Origin: Rhodosorus marinus CCMP1338
Lineage: Eukaryota; Plantae; Rhodophyta
Assembly (NCBI GenBank): GCA_029953675.1
Contig: JAMWBK010000004.1
Span: forward strand, 1,116,001-1,180,000
Direction: 5' to 3'
DNA: 64,000 nucleotides
Position numbers and translations under genes: made by a program. Every line of letters starts with the position of its first letter. Position 1 is the stretch's first letter. Positions 10,999-23,269 of the stretch are shown in pieces. Under the pieces are notes generated by a model, which made no database searches, was not told where the DNA came from, and was given only the letters and a program-made list of their open reading frames with translations.

Positions 10999-13463
10999 CT
11001 AGGGAAGATTCTGCGTCATATCATGGGCTAGCCGCTGCTTGTCTTCGAACTGCTTCGGAATCTTCGGCATAACTAAGCCATATGCCCGTGATGGTCTCCA
11101 ACGGGTTATTTCATTGTCGAAAGTCGGCTGTGAATTGGGTTTTCTGCCGTACCTGGATTTGCGATGAGTATTTGCTCGTCGCTTTTGTAACTTACCGCTC
11201 CACAACATGTACATGTTTTCCCATACTCTTCGTACACATCTCGCTCCGAACCCTTCCCCCTTCACATGGTAATCGATATGTCTTTTATAGCCTTGTGCAA
11301 ACGTTCACATCCTAATCACCATCGTGCAAAAACGCAATAAATTTCTAATACTAGACAGCTCGCCCTCAACATCTTCCCAACGACAACGTTTTCGGTGGGC
11401 GCTACTTCTTCTGACTCAGATTACATTTAATCTTCTATTGTTCTGCTGAAATTTTCTTTTACAGGAACTTACGAAAGTGGCACAGTTGAGCCTTACAATC
11501 GGTTACCGCCAACTGGTAAGTCCTCCACGGGGACTCCTGCCGAGAATTGCTCGTCCGCGAAGGGGTACTTGGATTGGTAGACCGTTCCTAGCAGCTATTT
11601 TAGATAGCACCGCAACCCCCAAAGCGATGAAATTCATACAGCTGAGGCTCAATCTACAGGATACTTATCCCATGTTAGTGCTTGGGATCAGTCTGAATAT
11701 CGAGAATGTTTCGGATGCGTGAACGTGTTTGAACGTCCTGGTTCAAGAAATCAAAGCTTGACGACTATAATCCCACAGGAATTCCTTATCAGCCATCGAC
11801 AAGAATACATGACCTCCGCTTTTAGCAAGGATTATAAGGATCGCCTAGCGAGGCTCTCGAGAAAGTAAACCGGCTCTTTGCTTTATTTTACTTCCTCCGA
11901 AGCCGACATTGTCTGTTTACAGAATCATAGCAAGCGCTTAAGAACCGAATTCGAGCCACAGGGCACGTCCAAGTTGTGGCATATTGGGGGTGTTGAGCTC
12001 CCCTTGTCAGCCAAAAGAAGCGTATAAAAACGTCCGCCGCCGGAAAAAGAAGACACCCTCGCCCGGAACGGAATCACGTAGCGGGCACTAGCAGCAGATG
12101 TTGTAAAGTACCATCTCACCTGCTCCAGGAAAGCATATACTTGTAGTTTTGCACGCGGAGGAATATCCGGGCGGATGTTGACTAAAAAACCTAGCTGACA
12201 GGTTGTGCTTGCGGGTTTGATTTTGAATAAGTCATATTGACTGACTGAAAAAGAGATACAACAGACTGATAGTCGTGGTTCTGATTGTGTTGCGATGACC
12301 GTAACGCCGCTACATCAATATTCAGAGTCCGTTCAGTCATTTGCGGAAGCAGCAAACCTCACGGCGAGGATTCCACAAGCATATGGACTAGTTTTTTCAG
12401 CGGGCAGACTCTCTCAGTAATTCAATTAAAGCGACATCAAGGCCATTAAACTGACAAATTCATACAGAAACGTCGCAAAACTAGTTTCTTCAGCAGCTAA
12501 TATCCGGTAGTATCCCTTCAGTCCTTGCGTACAACGGCTATTCCCCACCAGCACACAGACTTCCCCGCGCTGGGAATCAAAAACTAACAAAAAACGGGAA
12601 GTAGTTGGGAGAGGCTTGTAAACCCGCAGGGCGAGGGCTCCACACACGCCCACAAAGTATTTGGTTGTTTTTTTGCAGGAATTCGTACCCCAGCCCGCAT
12701 GGCAAACCGCTTTAAGCGACGAATATGTTCCGTGTGATCCCCGAGCGGCTCTCCTCGCTGCTCACCCGTTTGAGTTTCCTGTTGTGGCATAATAACGCAG
12801 CTTTGATGTTGAAGGTGCATGGTCTTCGCCGTCACTAATCTTCCTCCAGCAGCCCCCCCAGCTTTTCTTGTTCATCCTCCGAACAATGATCTTCTTCTGC
12901 TTCTACTAAACGTGATCAGGATCCTTTCAGTCTTTGCTGAGACGGCAGGGATACCGCCGGGCGAGGACGAACCACCACCGGCACCACGCGCACGCGGGGG
13001 AGCGCCGGGGATTCAAAAAAGACAAAAAAACAAATATCTGGACCCCCTGGACATGGGGTGCAAGTGAGTTTAGAGCGAACGCGTAGTAGTGGTATTGCGC
13101 TGCGGTAGGTCGCTGCCGAATAAAGGCTACGGGGTCAAGGATGCGTAATCAGAGAATGATCAGGCAGCTAACTTCCTCATGGACATCACCTTGTGGACGT
13201 TTCTGCAGTGTAAATTTTCAAGCTGGTGACCTCTATCGTATGCCACGAAGTTCGGCTTAAGTAGAAAGTACCAACCCTTTCATCCCCCCTTCAAAAACAC
13301 TCCATAGGGATTTTTATAATATATTTCTGCACCCCAAAGAGGTCGGCTTTAGGTGGTCCAACAGGGGTACCCAGTCACTTCGTTAGTGAAACCACCAACT
13401 GGTTTCTTTCCGCTGCCTTAAAATAAATGGCTTACCTCCCCAATCACACACCCCAACGAAGCC

Positions 13464-13565
13464 GCATGAATGCCGCTTTGATGTTGGAGGCGCGAGTACT
13501 TCGCCGCGCTTAGTCTTTTTTTCCCCTCGGGGTTTTTTTTTCAGCCTCCGATTAAACCATTCGTT
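13464..13565 (+). mobile_element. ~100-bp family-A 3' stub with 10-bp TSD
   Basis: Near-identical to 36035-36135; CAACGAAGCC at 13454-13463 and 13566-13575. Confidence 0.9.
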
Positions 13566-14081
13566 CAACGAAGCCCAACCCGCTCCAGCATACACTGACG
13601 CTCAAACCCCGAACGACACTCAAATTACGCCCCATTCGATACAGTCAGTTGCTTTATTCTGGTCACTATCGTAAATTCATTTCATTCATCGTATTCACGA
13701 TAACACAAATCATTAACAAACGAAATATTTTCCCAATGTGAAAGCCTATGCGCTTTAAAACATCTATTATACGAATATAATATATCATAAAATAGTATTT
13801 ATTGAGTACACTCAAGAGTGTACACACTCTTTATTTGCAATCTATATTATCCTTATTTATTAAGCAATGGCCTGAGTCAGGTATCGCGATGCGTATTCTG
13901 AGGGGAATGTCTGTTGAATGAATTGAGGTACTGTTTAGAACGAACTGTTTAGTGTAACGAGCAGAAAGGGTTCATTGACTGAATTTGCATTTGGGTGGAG
14001 CAGTCGGAGCAGACTTGGAACTAAGAACCGAGAGATTAGCGGGATTTCATGGCATAATGAAATCTGGTGGGTAGTCTAAGA

Positions 14082-14121
14082 ACTTCCTTGCGTAGCGCTT
14101 CAGGCTATGCTAGTAAAGTCC
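14082..14121 (+). mobile_element. 40-bp family-B 3'-end stub with 9-bp TSD
   Basis: AGTCTAAGA at 14073-14081 and 14122-14130; insert ends CGTAGCGCTTCAGGCTATGCTAGTAAAGTCC. Confidence 0.85.
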
Positions 14122-14173
14122 AGTCTAAGAGCATATATATGTATTGGAGAGAACCCTAAAAGGGGTGGATTAG

Positions 14174-14617
14174 GTGGGTTTGGTGTTGGTGGCTTTGCTA
14201 CCGGGAGGTTGGGAAATCCAGATGCTCTGGCGAGACTTCATGGTCGGGCGTAGCTGGATTTGTGATATATGCTTCAGATCCTACGCGACCAAATGGAACC
14301 TGAAGAATCATAAACGTAAGCACAAGGATGAACGGACGTACGTCTGCAGCTGTGGGGAGCGCTTTCTATGGAAGCCGCAGCTGGACACCCACCAGCGGAG
14401 TGTAGTCTGCCAGGATATAGATGAGGTGATCGAGGAACTGTTTCTCGGCACTTCGGTAAGCGAGGACAATATTCTGGTCGAGGGACAGCGAGATATTAGC
14501 GATCGTGAAGCCAAAGAGGGAGGCAGCTCTGAGACAAGCAAACGGTGCATCAAGAAACGTCGAAAAAAATGGACTAGACGAGCACTTTCTGAGCAAGAAG
14601 ATTCCAGCGACGACTAG
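14174..14617 (+). CDS. C2H2 zinc-finger protein fragment (gene or N-terminus of a decayed transposon ORF); likely ATG at 14222 or 14240
   Basis: CDICFRSYATKWNLKNHKRKH is a canonical C2H2 finger, followed by a second finger YVCSCGERF..LDTHQRSVVC and a basic KKRRKK stretch. Downstream sequence has stops and a family-A insertion. Confidence 0.55.
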   Translation: MGLVLVALLPGGWEIQMLWRDFMVGRSWICDICFRSYATKWNLKNHKRKHKDERTYVCSCGERFLWKPQLDTHQRSVVCQDIDEVIEELFLGTSVSEDNILVEGQRDISDREAKEGGSSETSKRCIKKRRKKWTRRALSEQEDSSDD

Positions 14618-15039
14618 AGATACTGTTTCCCCGGCGCGCTGGCTTTGGTTTTGGGAACTAAAATACATGTCTGGCCTCCCTCAACGACAGTTCAACCAGG
14701 CATACTAGGAGTCAACAAGCAAGCTCACGACCCAGAAAAAAGGGTTGCAACGCTTGGCGTTCACTCATTTTCGTGCTATCTCATTTGCTGCGGAGGGAGT
14801 CGAACAAAGGCTAAGGAGTGCCGTGGAGCATCCGCTGATCGTACGGGTCCTCAAAACGAAGCCACGTTGCGAAGGTGCGCGGGACCGGGGGGGGGGAGAG
14901 TCCAGCGCAGGAGATCGGGCCTCAGCACGCTCTCCTCTTAGGAAAGGTGGAAGCGTCCATTCCTGAGGATGATCCCAGAAATCCAGCCACTACCGCAGAC
15001 AACGTTGGTGATAATGTTGCTCATCTGCATTGGGCCTTA

Positions 15040-15250
15040 GTTGGTAGCCCGGGATTACGGGTTTATTTCGCCTTTCTGGACTCTGCATGCTCACGCCGGC
15101 TTCTTGAATTTTGTCCAGGAGTGCCCAGATCAGCTCTGCTCTCCGAAAAGACTGCCGGGTTCTCTGCAGTGGCACGTGAATGTTGCTTTGATGTTGGAGA
15201 TGCGATTTACTCCTTAAGTAGTGTTTCATTCCCCTCGAGGCTTTATCTGA
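15040..15250 (+). mobile_element. Old diverged family-A 3' fragment
   Basis: Recognisable blocks GCCGGCTTCTTGAATTTTGT and TGCTTTGATGTTGGAG..CCCCTCGAGG. Confidence 0.6.
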
Positions 15251-15742
15251 TCTCAAAATAGACAGATTGACTAATCTTAGCTTGGCTGTCAGGAAAGCAG
15301 TCAGAGTTAGGTTGCTCCGGCAAAGCAGGAGCAAAGTATAATTCCTCCACCACTGTATGTTCTAACTACAATGGATAGCCCTCCGCAGTGGATGACGTGA
15401 GGACTGGAGGGCTAGTCCGAGATCTATCGCTTTTAGGGCTCTCGTTCTCGCTGCCTTGTGAACAATTAACACCTTTTCTGCCCTCAGAAACTCAGAGAGA
15501 GGAGTACGGACGGGCTGTAAGTCAGCTTTCAGACTAGCTAGGATTCCTCACCGTGCGTCTGAGAGGATCTGGATAAGTAATTCGTATTCGAAGAGGCTTG
15601 GAACTGAATAAAAAATAGATGCTCGTTTTATAGTCGGATGACCCGAGGTTTCCTAGCATTCGATCCCCCTGAAACTTTCACGAAAAGGTCAGGTCTCGTC
15701 ACCTTCGCAAACATCTCGGATCTTCCTCGGCGATCTACACGA

Positions 15743-18367
15743 TCAAGTCATCACCCGGGCCTCGAGCAGCGTATTTTCTCCTGTTCCTCCATCGAGCAAG
15801 TCATTGCCAGTCCCTCCACGCAGCTCATCATCGCCACCGCCTCCGAACAGCCGATCGTCCATGCTGCCGCCCAAGACCAGGTCGTCCCCACCCGAACCTG
15901 AGATCTCGTCATCACCAGACCCGCCAGATAATACGTCATCTCCCGAGCCTCCTATGAGGAGATCATTGTCCCCTCCTCCGTCCAATACGTCGGCTTCTGA
16001 TCCCCCCTCGATTCGATCCTCACCGTCCCCTCCCCTCAGAACATCCTCGTCGGACATCCCCAGAATCACATCATTCCCTTCCCCTCCCTCAATCTCATCC
16101 TCTCCATCCCCTCCCAACAACCTATCATCACCTTCGCCTCCGTCGATCCATCCCTTTCCGTTCAAGTTTTTTATATAATCATCCCCGCCCGCGCCGTACC
16201 CACGGTCCCATGCGCCGGAGCCGAGGTTCACTTCGTCATTTCCGCGTCCCCCGAAGACGATGTCGCTGCCTCCTCCGGCGTCTACCGTATCTGATCCATT
16301 GCCAGCCCAGATCTTGTCGTTGCCATCGAGGCCGTGTATGTTGTCGTCCCCGTCAAGTCCATAGATCCAGTCAACAAACTCAGTGCCGTACAGGGTGTCG
16401 TCCCGGTCGCTGCCTACGATGCGGTTGATGCAGTTGAGGCGGAGCGGGCATATTGGCCTGGATTCAGGGGAGACCGGACAGTCCTTAGAAGGCGTGACTG
16501 TCACCGTGGACGCTCCGCGAACGATTTTGGCCTCCAATACCATGCACAGCTCTCCATCACAGCAGTTGCTCGTTGACTCGATGGAGTCGGGACATATCGT
16601 CAGGCTGAGGTTTCTCCGAGTGTTCTCCACCTTCTTCCTTGCTCTGAACTTACGATTCCCGGCCGGTATGAGGTTGCAGTCCTGGTAGATTCCCATCTTA
16701 ACCGCTCGAAAAGTTCCAGTCTGCGCACTAAACCGGACCACCACGCACTTCATGCCGGCGACCGTCCTGTTCTTTGCACAGGCGGTCGCCAAACAGCTCC
16801 CTGTCCTCGTGTTGGTGAGGTCGTAACAGATTTCTCCAAAAGAAACCAGCGACTGGGTCTCGAGCAGCTCGGACTCACAACTCGTCCTCGGCAGCAACTT
16901 CTCCCGCTCGTCAACCTCGTCGTCCCCACTGCCACCATCAACCACATCAAACCCCGTCCCGGACTCGATCCTGTCGTCCCCCAGGTCTCCATTGATGGTA
17001 TCAACGTATCGATCCGCAGTACTAATCCTATCCTCGCCCGTTCCACCATCCACGCGACTCCCACCGCCCTCGTGGGAGATGTAATCCCACCCATTCCCGC
17101 CGTACACTCGTGCATACCCCCCGGAGCTGATTAACCGGTCATTTCCATCGTCCCCGAACACAGTATCCTCCCCACCGCTGCTTAGAATCACGTCCGGTCC
17201 TCCTCCACCTTTCAACACATCGTTACCACCGCCTTCGTCACGGATCCAATCGTAGTCTGCACCGCCCTTGACGTAGTCATCGCCGGATCCAGGAAGGATC
17301 CTGTTCACCCCGTCGCCTCCCACAATCCAGTCATTCTCGCTTCCACCCACCAGGTTGTCCACACCGAATCCGCCGCCGACGAGAAAGTCATCCCCCTGCT
17401 CCCCATTCGCGCGATCGAATCCGTCGCCGGTGCTGAGGTAGTCGTCGTCCTCTCCACCTTTGAGCCAGTCGTTTCCCAGCTCGCCGTAGATCCGGTCCTC
17501 ACCCTCCTGTCCGTCTATGTAGTCATCTCCGAGCCCTCCGAAGATCTGATCGTCTCCTTCATTACCAGTGGCATGATCTGACCCCCGTCCTAGGAAAACC
17601 AGGTCATCACCGCCGCCTGCAAAGACGCTGTCGCTGCCGTCGCCGCCAACAAGTCGATCGTTTCCGTCAAAGCCACGAAGCATATCATCACCACCGAGGC
17701 CATAGATGAAGTCGACGTATTTCGTACCGTCAAGCCTGTCGTTGCCGTCGGTACCAAAAATGTAGTTGACGCAGTTGTAGGCTATGGGACACGTTGGTCC
17801 GTCGTACCTGCCAGGAACTAGTCGCCTTCGGCAGGGTTTGGCATCAGGTCGAAGCGTTGGGCCGCGGTTCGCCGTCTTCGCTTCGGCGATCAGGCACTGA
17901 TCGCCGTCACAGCAATTAGTTTGAGTCCTGATTATGTCGTTGCAGTAGGTTAGAGACGCGGACCTGGGCTTCCAGGGCAAGTTTTTGCTTCGGTTGAACG
18001 GATCCCCCGTTTCACCCTCCAGCTTCAGGTCTTCACAGTCGTGGTACACGCCGAGGTAGATCCGGGAGAGCCTAAGCGATTCAAACGCAGTGAAGGTTGC
18101 TCTGATGCAGATTTTCCTGTCAATCTTCTCAGTCCTCGTGCAAAGCTCACCGGAGACGACGTCATCTCCTCCCATGAGCTTAAAGCACGTCTCTTCAAAG
18201 GAAACCGCTTCCTGACTACCCAACATCGTCTCCAAACAGTTGGAAAGGGCATCCACGGAATTAAAAACATATATTCCCATACCAAAAGTGACTACAAGCG
18301 TCCAGAAAACATCTCTCCTTACCTTCATCCTGCCCATCCTTCCCTCCTTCACCCCTGCAAACCTCAA
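15743..18367 (-). CDS. Secreted protein with two units of 8-Cys domain plus hemolysin-type (RTX) GGxGxD calcium-binding repeats
   Basis: 874-aa ORF. Hydrophobic segment VFWTLVVTFGMGIYVF. Many G.DG.D/GG.G.D nonapeptides in two blocks, each preceded by a Cys-rich domain and CP...NC[VI]N.I.G.D. Confidence 0.9.
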   Translation of the reverse strand: MRFAGVKEGRMGRMKVRRDVFWTLVVTFGMGIYVFNSVDALSNCLETMLGSQEAVSFEETCFKLMGGDDVVSGELCTRTEKIDRKICIRATFTAFESLRLSRIYLGVYHDCEDLKLEGETGDPFNRSKNLPWKPRSASLTYCNDIIRTQTNCCDGDQCLIAEAKTANRGPTLRPDAKPCRRRLVPGRYDGPTCPIAYNCVNYIFGTDGNDRLDGTKYVDFIYGLGGDDMLRGFDGNDRLVGGDGSDSVFAGGGDDLVFLGRGSDHATGNEGDDQIFGGLGDDYIDGQEGEDRIYGELGNDWLKGGEDDDYLSTGDGFDRANGEQGDDFLVGGGFGVDNLVGGSENDWIVGGDGVNRILPGSGDDYVKGGADYDWIRDEGGGNDVLKGGGGPDVILSSGGEDTVFGDDGNDRLISSGGYARVYGGNGWDYISHEGGGSRVDGGTGEDRISTADRYVDTINGDLGDDRIESGTGFDVVDGGSGDDEVDEREKLLPRTSCESELLETQSLVSFGEICYDLTNTRTGSCLATACAKNRTVAGMKCVVVRFSAQTGTFRAVKMGIYQDCNLIPAGNRKFRARKKVENTRRNLSLTICPDSIESTSNCCDGELCMVLEAKIVRGASTVTVTPSKDCPVSPESRPICPLRLNCINRIVGSDRDDTLYGTEFVDWIYGLDGDDNIHGLDGNDKIWAGNGSDTVDAGGGSDIVFGGRGNDEVNLGSGAWDRGYGAGGDDYIKNLNGKGWIDGGEGDDRLLGGDGEDEIEGGEGNDVILGMSDEDVLRGGDGEDRIEGGSEADVLDGGGDNDLLIGGSGDDVLSGGSGDDEISGSGGDDLVLGGSMDDRLFGGGGDDELRGGTGNDLLDGGTGENTLLEARVMT

Positions 18368-18561
18368 GCCCCGCCCCGGCTACCAGAGGCCCCCGAAATA
18401 CTCAAAAAGATCACTTCCAAACTCAATAATATGACACATACCTAAGGAGTTCAACTACCATCTAGTCCCAATACATAACACACTTTTCCCATCCCTCCCC
18501 CCCCCTCTCCGCCTCTCCTCCGAAAGCCTCCTCACCACCACCTCCTGGAAGTCCTTTGATA

Positions 18562-18657
18562 CGAACGAATGGTTTAATCGGAGGCTGAAAAAAGAAACCC
18601 CGAGGGGAAAAAAGACTAAGCGCGGCGAAGTACTCGCGCCTCAAACATCAAAGCGGC
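18562..18657 (-). mobile_element. ~96-bp family-A 3' stub with 5-bp TSD
   Basis: Near-identical to the family-A 3' end; TGATA at 18557-18561 and 18658-18662. Confidence 0.85.
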
Positions 18658-19220
18658 TGATAAAGGCAAGTTCTGCTCTGATGTCGAGCAGAACTTGCAA
18701 ATCTCTTTCGAGACTGTTGTGAATTCGAAAAAAGCGAAAGAATCTCAGCTTCGAAAAAGAAATTCTTGTTTGGGGACACAACGTCTCACTGTAGGACTGT
18801 GACCCGACGTAAACATATTTCATAATCTACGCACAGATTCTTGATTATAGAACCTGATGAAATGTTTCCAAATAAAAAAAAATCCCCGACAACAATCCCC
18901 AGATTAAATTGCGACTTCAATATTTAGATGAAGAATTCTCATTCATTCTGTTCACGGCATTGGACTCTCTCCAATTGTCCCCAGAACCGGTGGGGTACCC
19001 CGTCTGTATTGATCCTTACGTGCTATGTACCTACAATTCACCAAGTACTCGATCGGGTAGTCACCAGTCGGACGACGAGGACGAACGATACAGTTCAATC
19101 AAGTTACGATCGTTTACGCTACTACGTACCGGTTATCTACTAACTACCTACGATACTGCTCTATAAACCAATTGATTTCCCCTAGTACCCCGCAGGGATC
19201 CCGAATGGCCTTCCCGGCCA

Positions 19221-19311
19221 AACATTCAAAACCTCCAACCCAGGGATGGTAAAACCATGGTGAAAGATTTTAAGGGTGGTTTTACCCCCCGGTTTGGAGG
19301 TTTTGAATGTT
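19221..19311. repeat. Imperfect foldback (18-bp outer arms, 10-bp inner arms)
   Basis: AACATTCAAAACCTCCAA (19221-19238) pairs with 19294-19311; GGTAAAACCA (19248-19257) pairs with 19277-19286. Confidence 0.8.
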
Positions 19312-20939
19312 CGGTCTTAGAACGCGTCTTTTTAGCGCAGTTTAGTCTTCACTACAGATTGATCGTTGAAAAATATTTAATTCAATATCTATTTACGGAA
19401 AGTTACCCCAGATATGTGTTGTTTTGCAAAGGGTACAGATACCCTGAGGGGGCAATGGCAGAGGCTCTTGGGTGTTTGTCGACGAGGCGGTTGGATGGGT
19501 TGGATGTAGCTAAGGATGCTCCTTTGCTTAGCAACGACGATATACATGCTTTTAAAGCTATGAGTTAAAGCCCTAAGCAATCCTGGAATGCAGGTGTGTT
19601 TGGATCCTCGACGAACAAAGGAAAGCGGTGCAGGGGCCGTGTTGTCGTCGACAGTTTTGCCATCTGCACGGGAATGCCGTAAGGACGTTGGAAGCGTAAT
19701 GAGCGGCCAAGAAAATAATCAAGTACTGATAAAGCTCTCATGCTGGAGCTGCGAGATTGTAAGGATGAGCAGGACAAACGAGTCGGGATCCCTCTGGAGG
19801 GCGGAGGTACGCGGATAGCGCCACCCCAGATGCCTTTCTCCATTGCTCGCCAGCCAGCATTGAACCCGCAACAAAAGGCGAGTGAGTACCTTGCGCTTTG
19901 AATCATCGTACTCCGCGTTCTTCTTGACCTCCTCTCAGCGATCTAGCCGATCGATGGAGCAGTTAACCTCTCAACCACCGCTGAACATCCATAGCACTGT
20001 AGCACACAACCAGATCGTTCGCGCACATCACTAGTTCGTACGAATGCACCGCGACCCAGTTCATGGAGGTTTTCCTCATTTCATGCGCTAGTTGAGCACC
20101 TCGATATAGCAGTGAGGGTTCAGCAGACCACATGCCAGTGCAAAGTGGTCCCCCTCTGAAGAGTGTATGCTCTAAGGAACCATACGCTACAGCGTTCGGT
20201 GGCGGTTTTCCTAACATAGCCTGACCCGCCGCGCACCTCGTAATGAGAAATAGAGGCCGTTTACTTCAACCTAATATTGGGCTGGGGATGTGCAACAAAA
20301 TCAAATTGAGCTCGGCGAGGGAAACCCCAGAGCGTGGTACAATACTACATTCTACGGGAAACATTTTCCGGTCATTAGCATTTGACGCATGGCATGGACC
20401 GTCAAGCGAGCCGTACCACTCCATACTTGTCGATTCAAATCCAGTCGCGCGAGGGCTTGTGGGTCGGCGTTGCGCTCTTCAAGTTCCGCAGCTTTTGTGA
20501 AGAAACATTTTGCGGCTTGCCCAAGTCTACAGAAGCCCTTCCACGGCGAAAGGTACAAATTGGAGGTCATTGGGATCGCCGATGGCATCACAAGATTTAG
20601 CTCGTCCTTTTGTTTCAGCGCTGGCAGCGGCGGCATAAGCGACTTGATGGGCCCGTAGAGGGAACTCCACCTCAGCATCAAGAAGATTCCGCTTACAGGT
20701 ACGATGACGACCAACAACAACGTCTGTTTGGAGAAGGCGGTCCGAAAAGACGTTGCTTGTGAGGGCTCAGCATGAGTCTCACCGTGTTAAATGACGCAAA
20801 AGTTCAACATTAGGAATGTGATTATGTCTCGAAGTCCAATCTCCGGCCGATGTTGAGCAGTGGAAGCGTTGAAACCCATCCTGAGCATGGGGATTGGCAA
20901 GTGCCGACATACGGGTAGTATCTGTAACTAAGTACTAAG

Positions 20940-21240
20940 AACCAAAGAGCGCAAATCAAGGCGGTGGTGGCGAACCTCTGCTAGCATGCTGCTAGAATAT
21001 CGCCATAAAGGGATACTGAACGGGCGAAGGAGTACGAGATACTCTGCAGGATGGTCAGTAGAACAACATTTGCGCAGTCATTCCAAGCTTGACTTTTCAA
21101 GATGAACAAAACTCTCCACACTGAGAGGCTGAAACCTTTGCGACCTGTCATCAGCGCAGGGTTCGCTAGCCCTTTAAACCGATGAAATATAGAGGGGACG
21201 GGTAGGAGGAAGATACGAAACCTGCAGGGAATTTCACACG
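20940..21240 (-). mobile_element. Diverged family-B RLE fragment
   Basis: Homologous to 5860-6180 (GCTAGAATATCGCCA, CCAAGCTTGACTTT). Confidence 0.65.
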
Positions 21241-21440
21241 ACGGCGGCTTGATGTTTGTTTTACACGTTTTTATTGTCTGCAAAATTTAGGAAGAAGAAG
21301 GAAAGGGGAAGCGTATGTCTGTCTGCAACCTGCGCGGGAGAGGCTAAACTCATTAATAAACTCGTCGCCGTGAAAGTCAATCGGTACTGACTGCCCCTTG
21401 AGAACGGCGAGCATTCTTCGGCAAGGGAAGGTCTGGCCAC

Positions 21441-22781
21441 CTACGCTAGAGGGCGCGTGCCGCACTGTATTTCAACCTTGCTGTTTTCTTCAGAATTGCT
21501 GAATACTCCCTCGAGCTTGACGTTGGCAGTGACCGCGAAACCTCCCCCGTAGTCGTCCCGGCAGAATTGTACTAGGGTGGATCCACCATCAGCGCTGTTG
21601 TGGGAGAAAGTCCCCAGATTGTAGTCGACTCCCTCAACATTCAGGTTAAGATCTTCCACAGATATTTTGGTGTTCTCCCCCGATGCTGCCTCAGCTCTAA
21701 TGAACAACTCACAGATTTCGTGTTCCTTAACATCACCCGTAACAGGGTCTATCATACTATTATTACTGGTCCGCGGAAGTCTATGCATCTGCATGGAAGT
21801 ACAGCCCACAGAGTTTTCAACAAACCCCTCAACCGACTTGCCCGATTCATCGTAAGAAAGGGTCAGGGACATTGTGCTCGTGATAGGCACGTTGGCGCCT
21901 TGAGCTCGATTTTCCGGCTGGTCAATGTCCCCAAAGCCGGTAAAGACGGTTTGAACCTCGGTCTCCGTCGACTTCCTCAGATTTCTTAGGCGTATGCCCG
22001 CCCCCTTCACGTCAACATAGCATGGTCTAGGGCATGTGACATCGATGCCTAGGATCTTCCCGGGCACTTTCTCACATTTTGCGGTCTCTCCCGCCTCGCA
22101 CAGTACCGTCAGTCGCTCGAAGGATGCTGAAATGAACTGTGCCTTGTTCGTACTTGGAAGCCATCTTCGGCAGTCCGGCGTCTTCTCGTTCTCATACCAA
22201 CCTCTGCATTTGAGGTCGCGAGTGAACTCACAGGAGTCCCCGGACGAAGTTACAGCGACCTCGCAGGTACTGCATTGTCTATTGATGCGATCGGGTCCGC
22301 ACAAATCATCATCACCAATGCTGAGCACGGCACCATCCGGCAGCTTACTCTCCAGCTCAGCCTCCAAGTCTGCATTCCAGCCCTCGGGTACCGTGCAAAG
22401 TCCACATTGACGTACTCCATCAATTTCGCAGCATTGCAAGTCGTAGCTTTCTGTCGACTCGGCTTCGCCGGGGCCGTCGTAGCATTGATTGCAGCTCTCG
22501 CCAGTGCAATTTGGGAAAGTCTGGATGGAATTGCATTGTTCATCACAACACTGGGTGCAGATCTCCTCCGGGTCGGGATTCGGCAGACCAATCTGCCCCC
22601 AGTACAAATCGTCACAATCCTTGTGGAAGTTCACAATTACGGGCTCGCAAGAGTCGTCGAGGATGCAGGTGTCTACGCAATTGAACTCGTTGCACGGCTG
22701 CGCACTTGTCCAATCCCACGCACCAAGCACAAACATCGGCAACACAAAAAGCAACCCCACCCGCAACATACCGGCTATCAT
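21441..22781 (-). CDS. Secreted Cys-rich protein of unknown function (ORF call begins 22811; likely ATG 22781)
   Basis: Long ORF with signal peptide (MLRVGLLFVLPMFVLGA), an N-terminal half with over 20 Cys, and a beta-rich C-terminal domain. Confidence 0.82.
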   Translation of the reverse strand: MIAGMLRVGLLFVLPMFVLGAWDWTSAQPCNEFNCVDTCILDDSCEPVIVNFHKDCDDLYWGQIGLPNPDPEEICTQCCDEQCNSIQTFPNCTGESCNQCYDGPGEAESTESYDLQCCEIDGVRQCGLCTVPEGWNADLEAELESKLPDGAVLSIGDDDLCGPDRINRQCSTCEVAVTSSGDSCEFTRDLKCRGWYENEKTPDCRRWLPSTNKAQFISASFERLTVLCEAGETAKCEKVPGKILGIDVTCPRPCYVDVKGAGIRLRNLRKSTETEVQTVFTGFGDIDQPENRAQGANVPITSTMSLTLSYDESGKSVEGFVENSVGCTSMQMHRLPRTSNNSMIDPVTGDVKEHEICELFIRAEAASGENTKISVEDLNLNVEGVDYNLGTFSHNSADGGSTLVQFCRDDYGGGFAVTANVKLEGVFSNSEENSKVEIQCGTRPLA

Positions 22782-23269
22782 TTCACTACTAACTACCTGC
22801 CAGGCAAACAAAAACGCAGTCTCCTTCGTCTGTCGCCCTGCACAACGCCGTCACTCCCATAACCATTACTACCACTGCATCCGAATCCTGTCCACCCTTA
22901 AACGTTTCCCACCTCCACGAAACATATCTTTCAGACCTCATTTTCTTGACTTGCAACAAGTGCGTAAGCGGATGTTTCTACGTCCTTGACGCCTCACCTA
23001 TCCCAGCCCCTTTCACGAAGACACTTTGGTGCGGAGTGACCTGTTTTCCTGTCTCCACCGAACGTTTGATCTGGAGCAACTGTCAAATTCAAGGCCCCTA
23101 GTCCTCATCGAAGGACAGAAACTGTCAGATTTCCACCCCTCAAACCCAACGATCTCCTGAAGCGGGAAAGGGGTGGGAAGGCAGGAGAGAAAATGTTTCA
23201 CAATATATGTGTATGTGCTCTCGATGGACCCTCCACCCTCTTTACTTTGCAAGTACTGTAAGAGTTTTT

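Noticed and set aside
19390-19960. KASEYL motif suggesting a CACTA/Plavaka transposase relic, possibly linked to the zinc finger at 14174
   Set aside because: A single short motif in stop-ridden sequence; insufficient without a profile search.
20915-20925. GTAGTATCTGT matching U2 next to a family-B end
   Set aside because: Only 11 bp with no flanking U2 similarity; compatible with chance.
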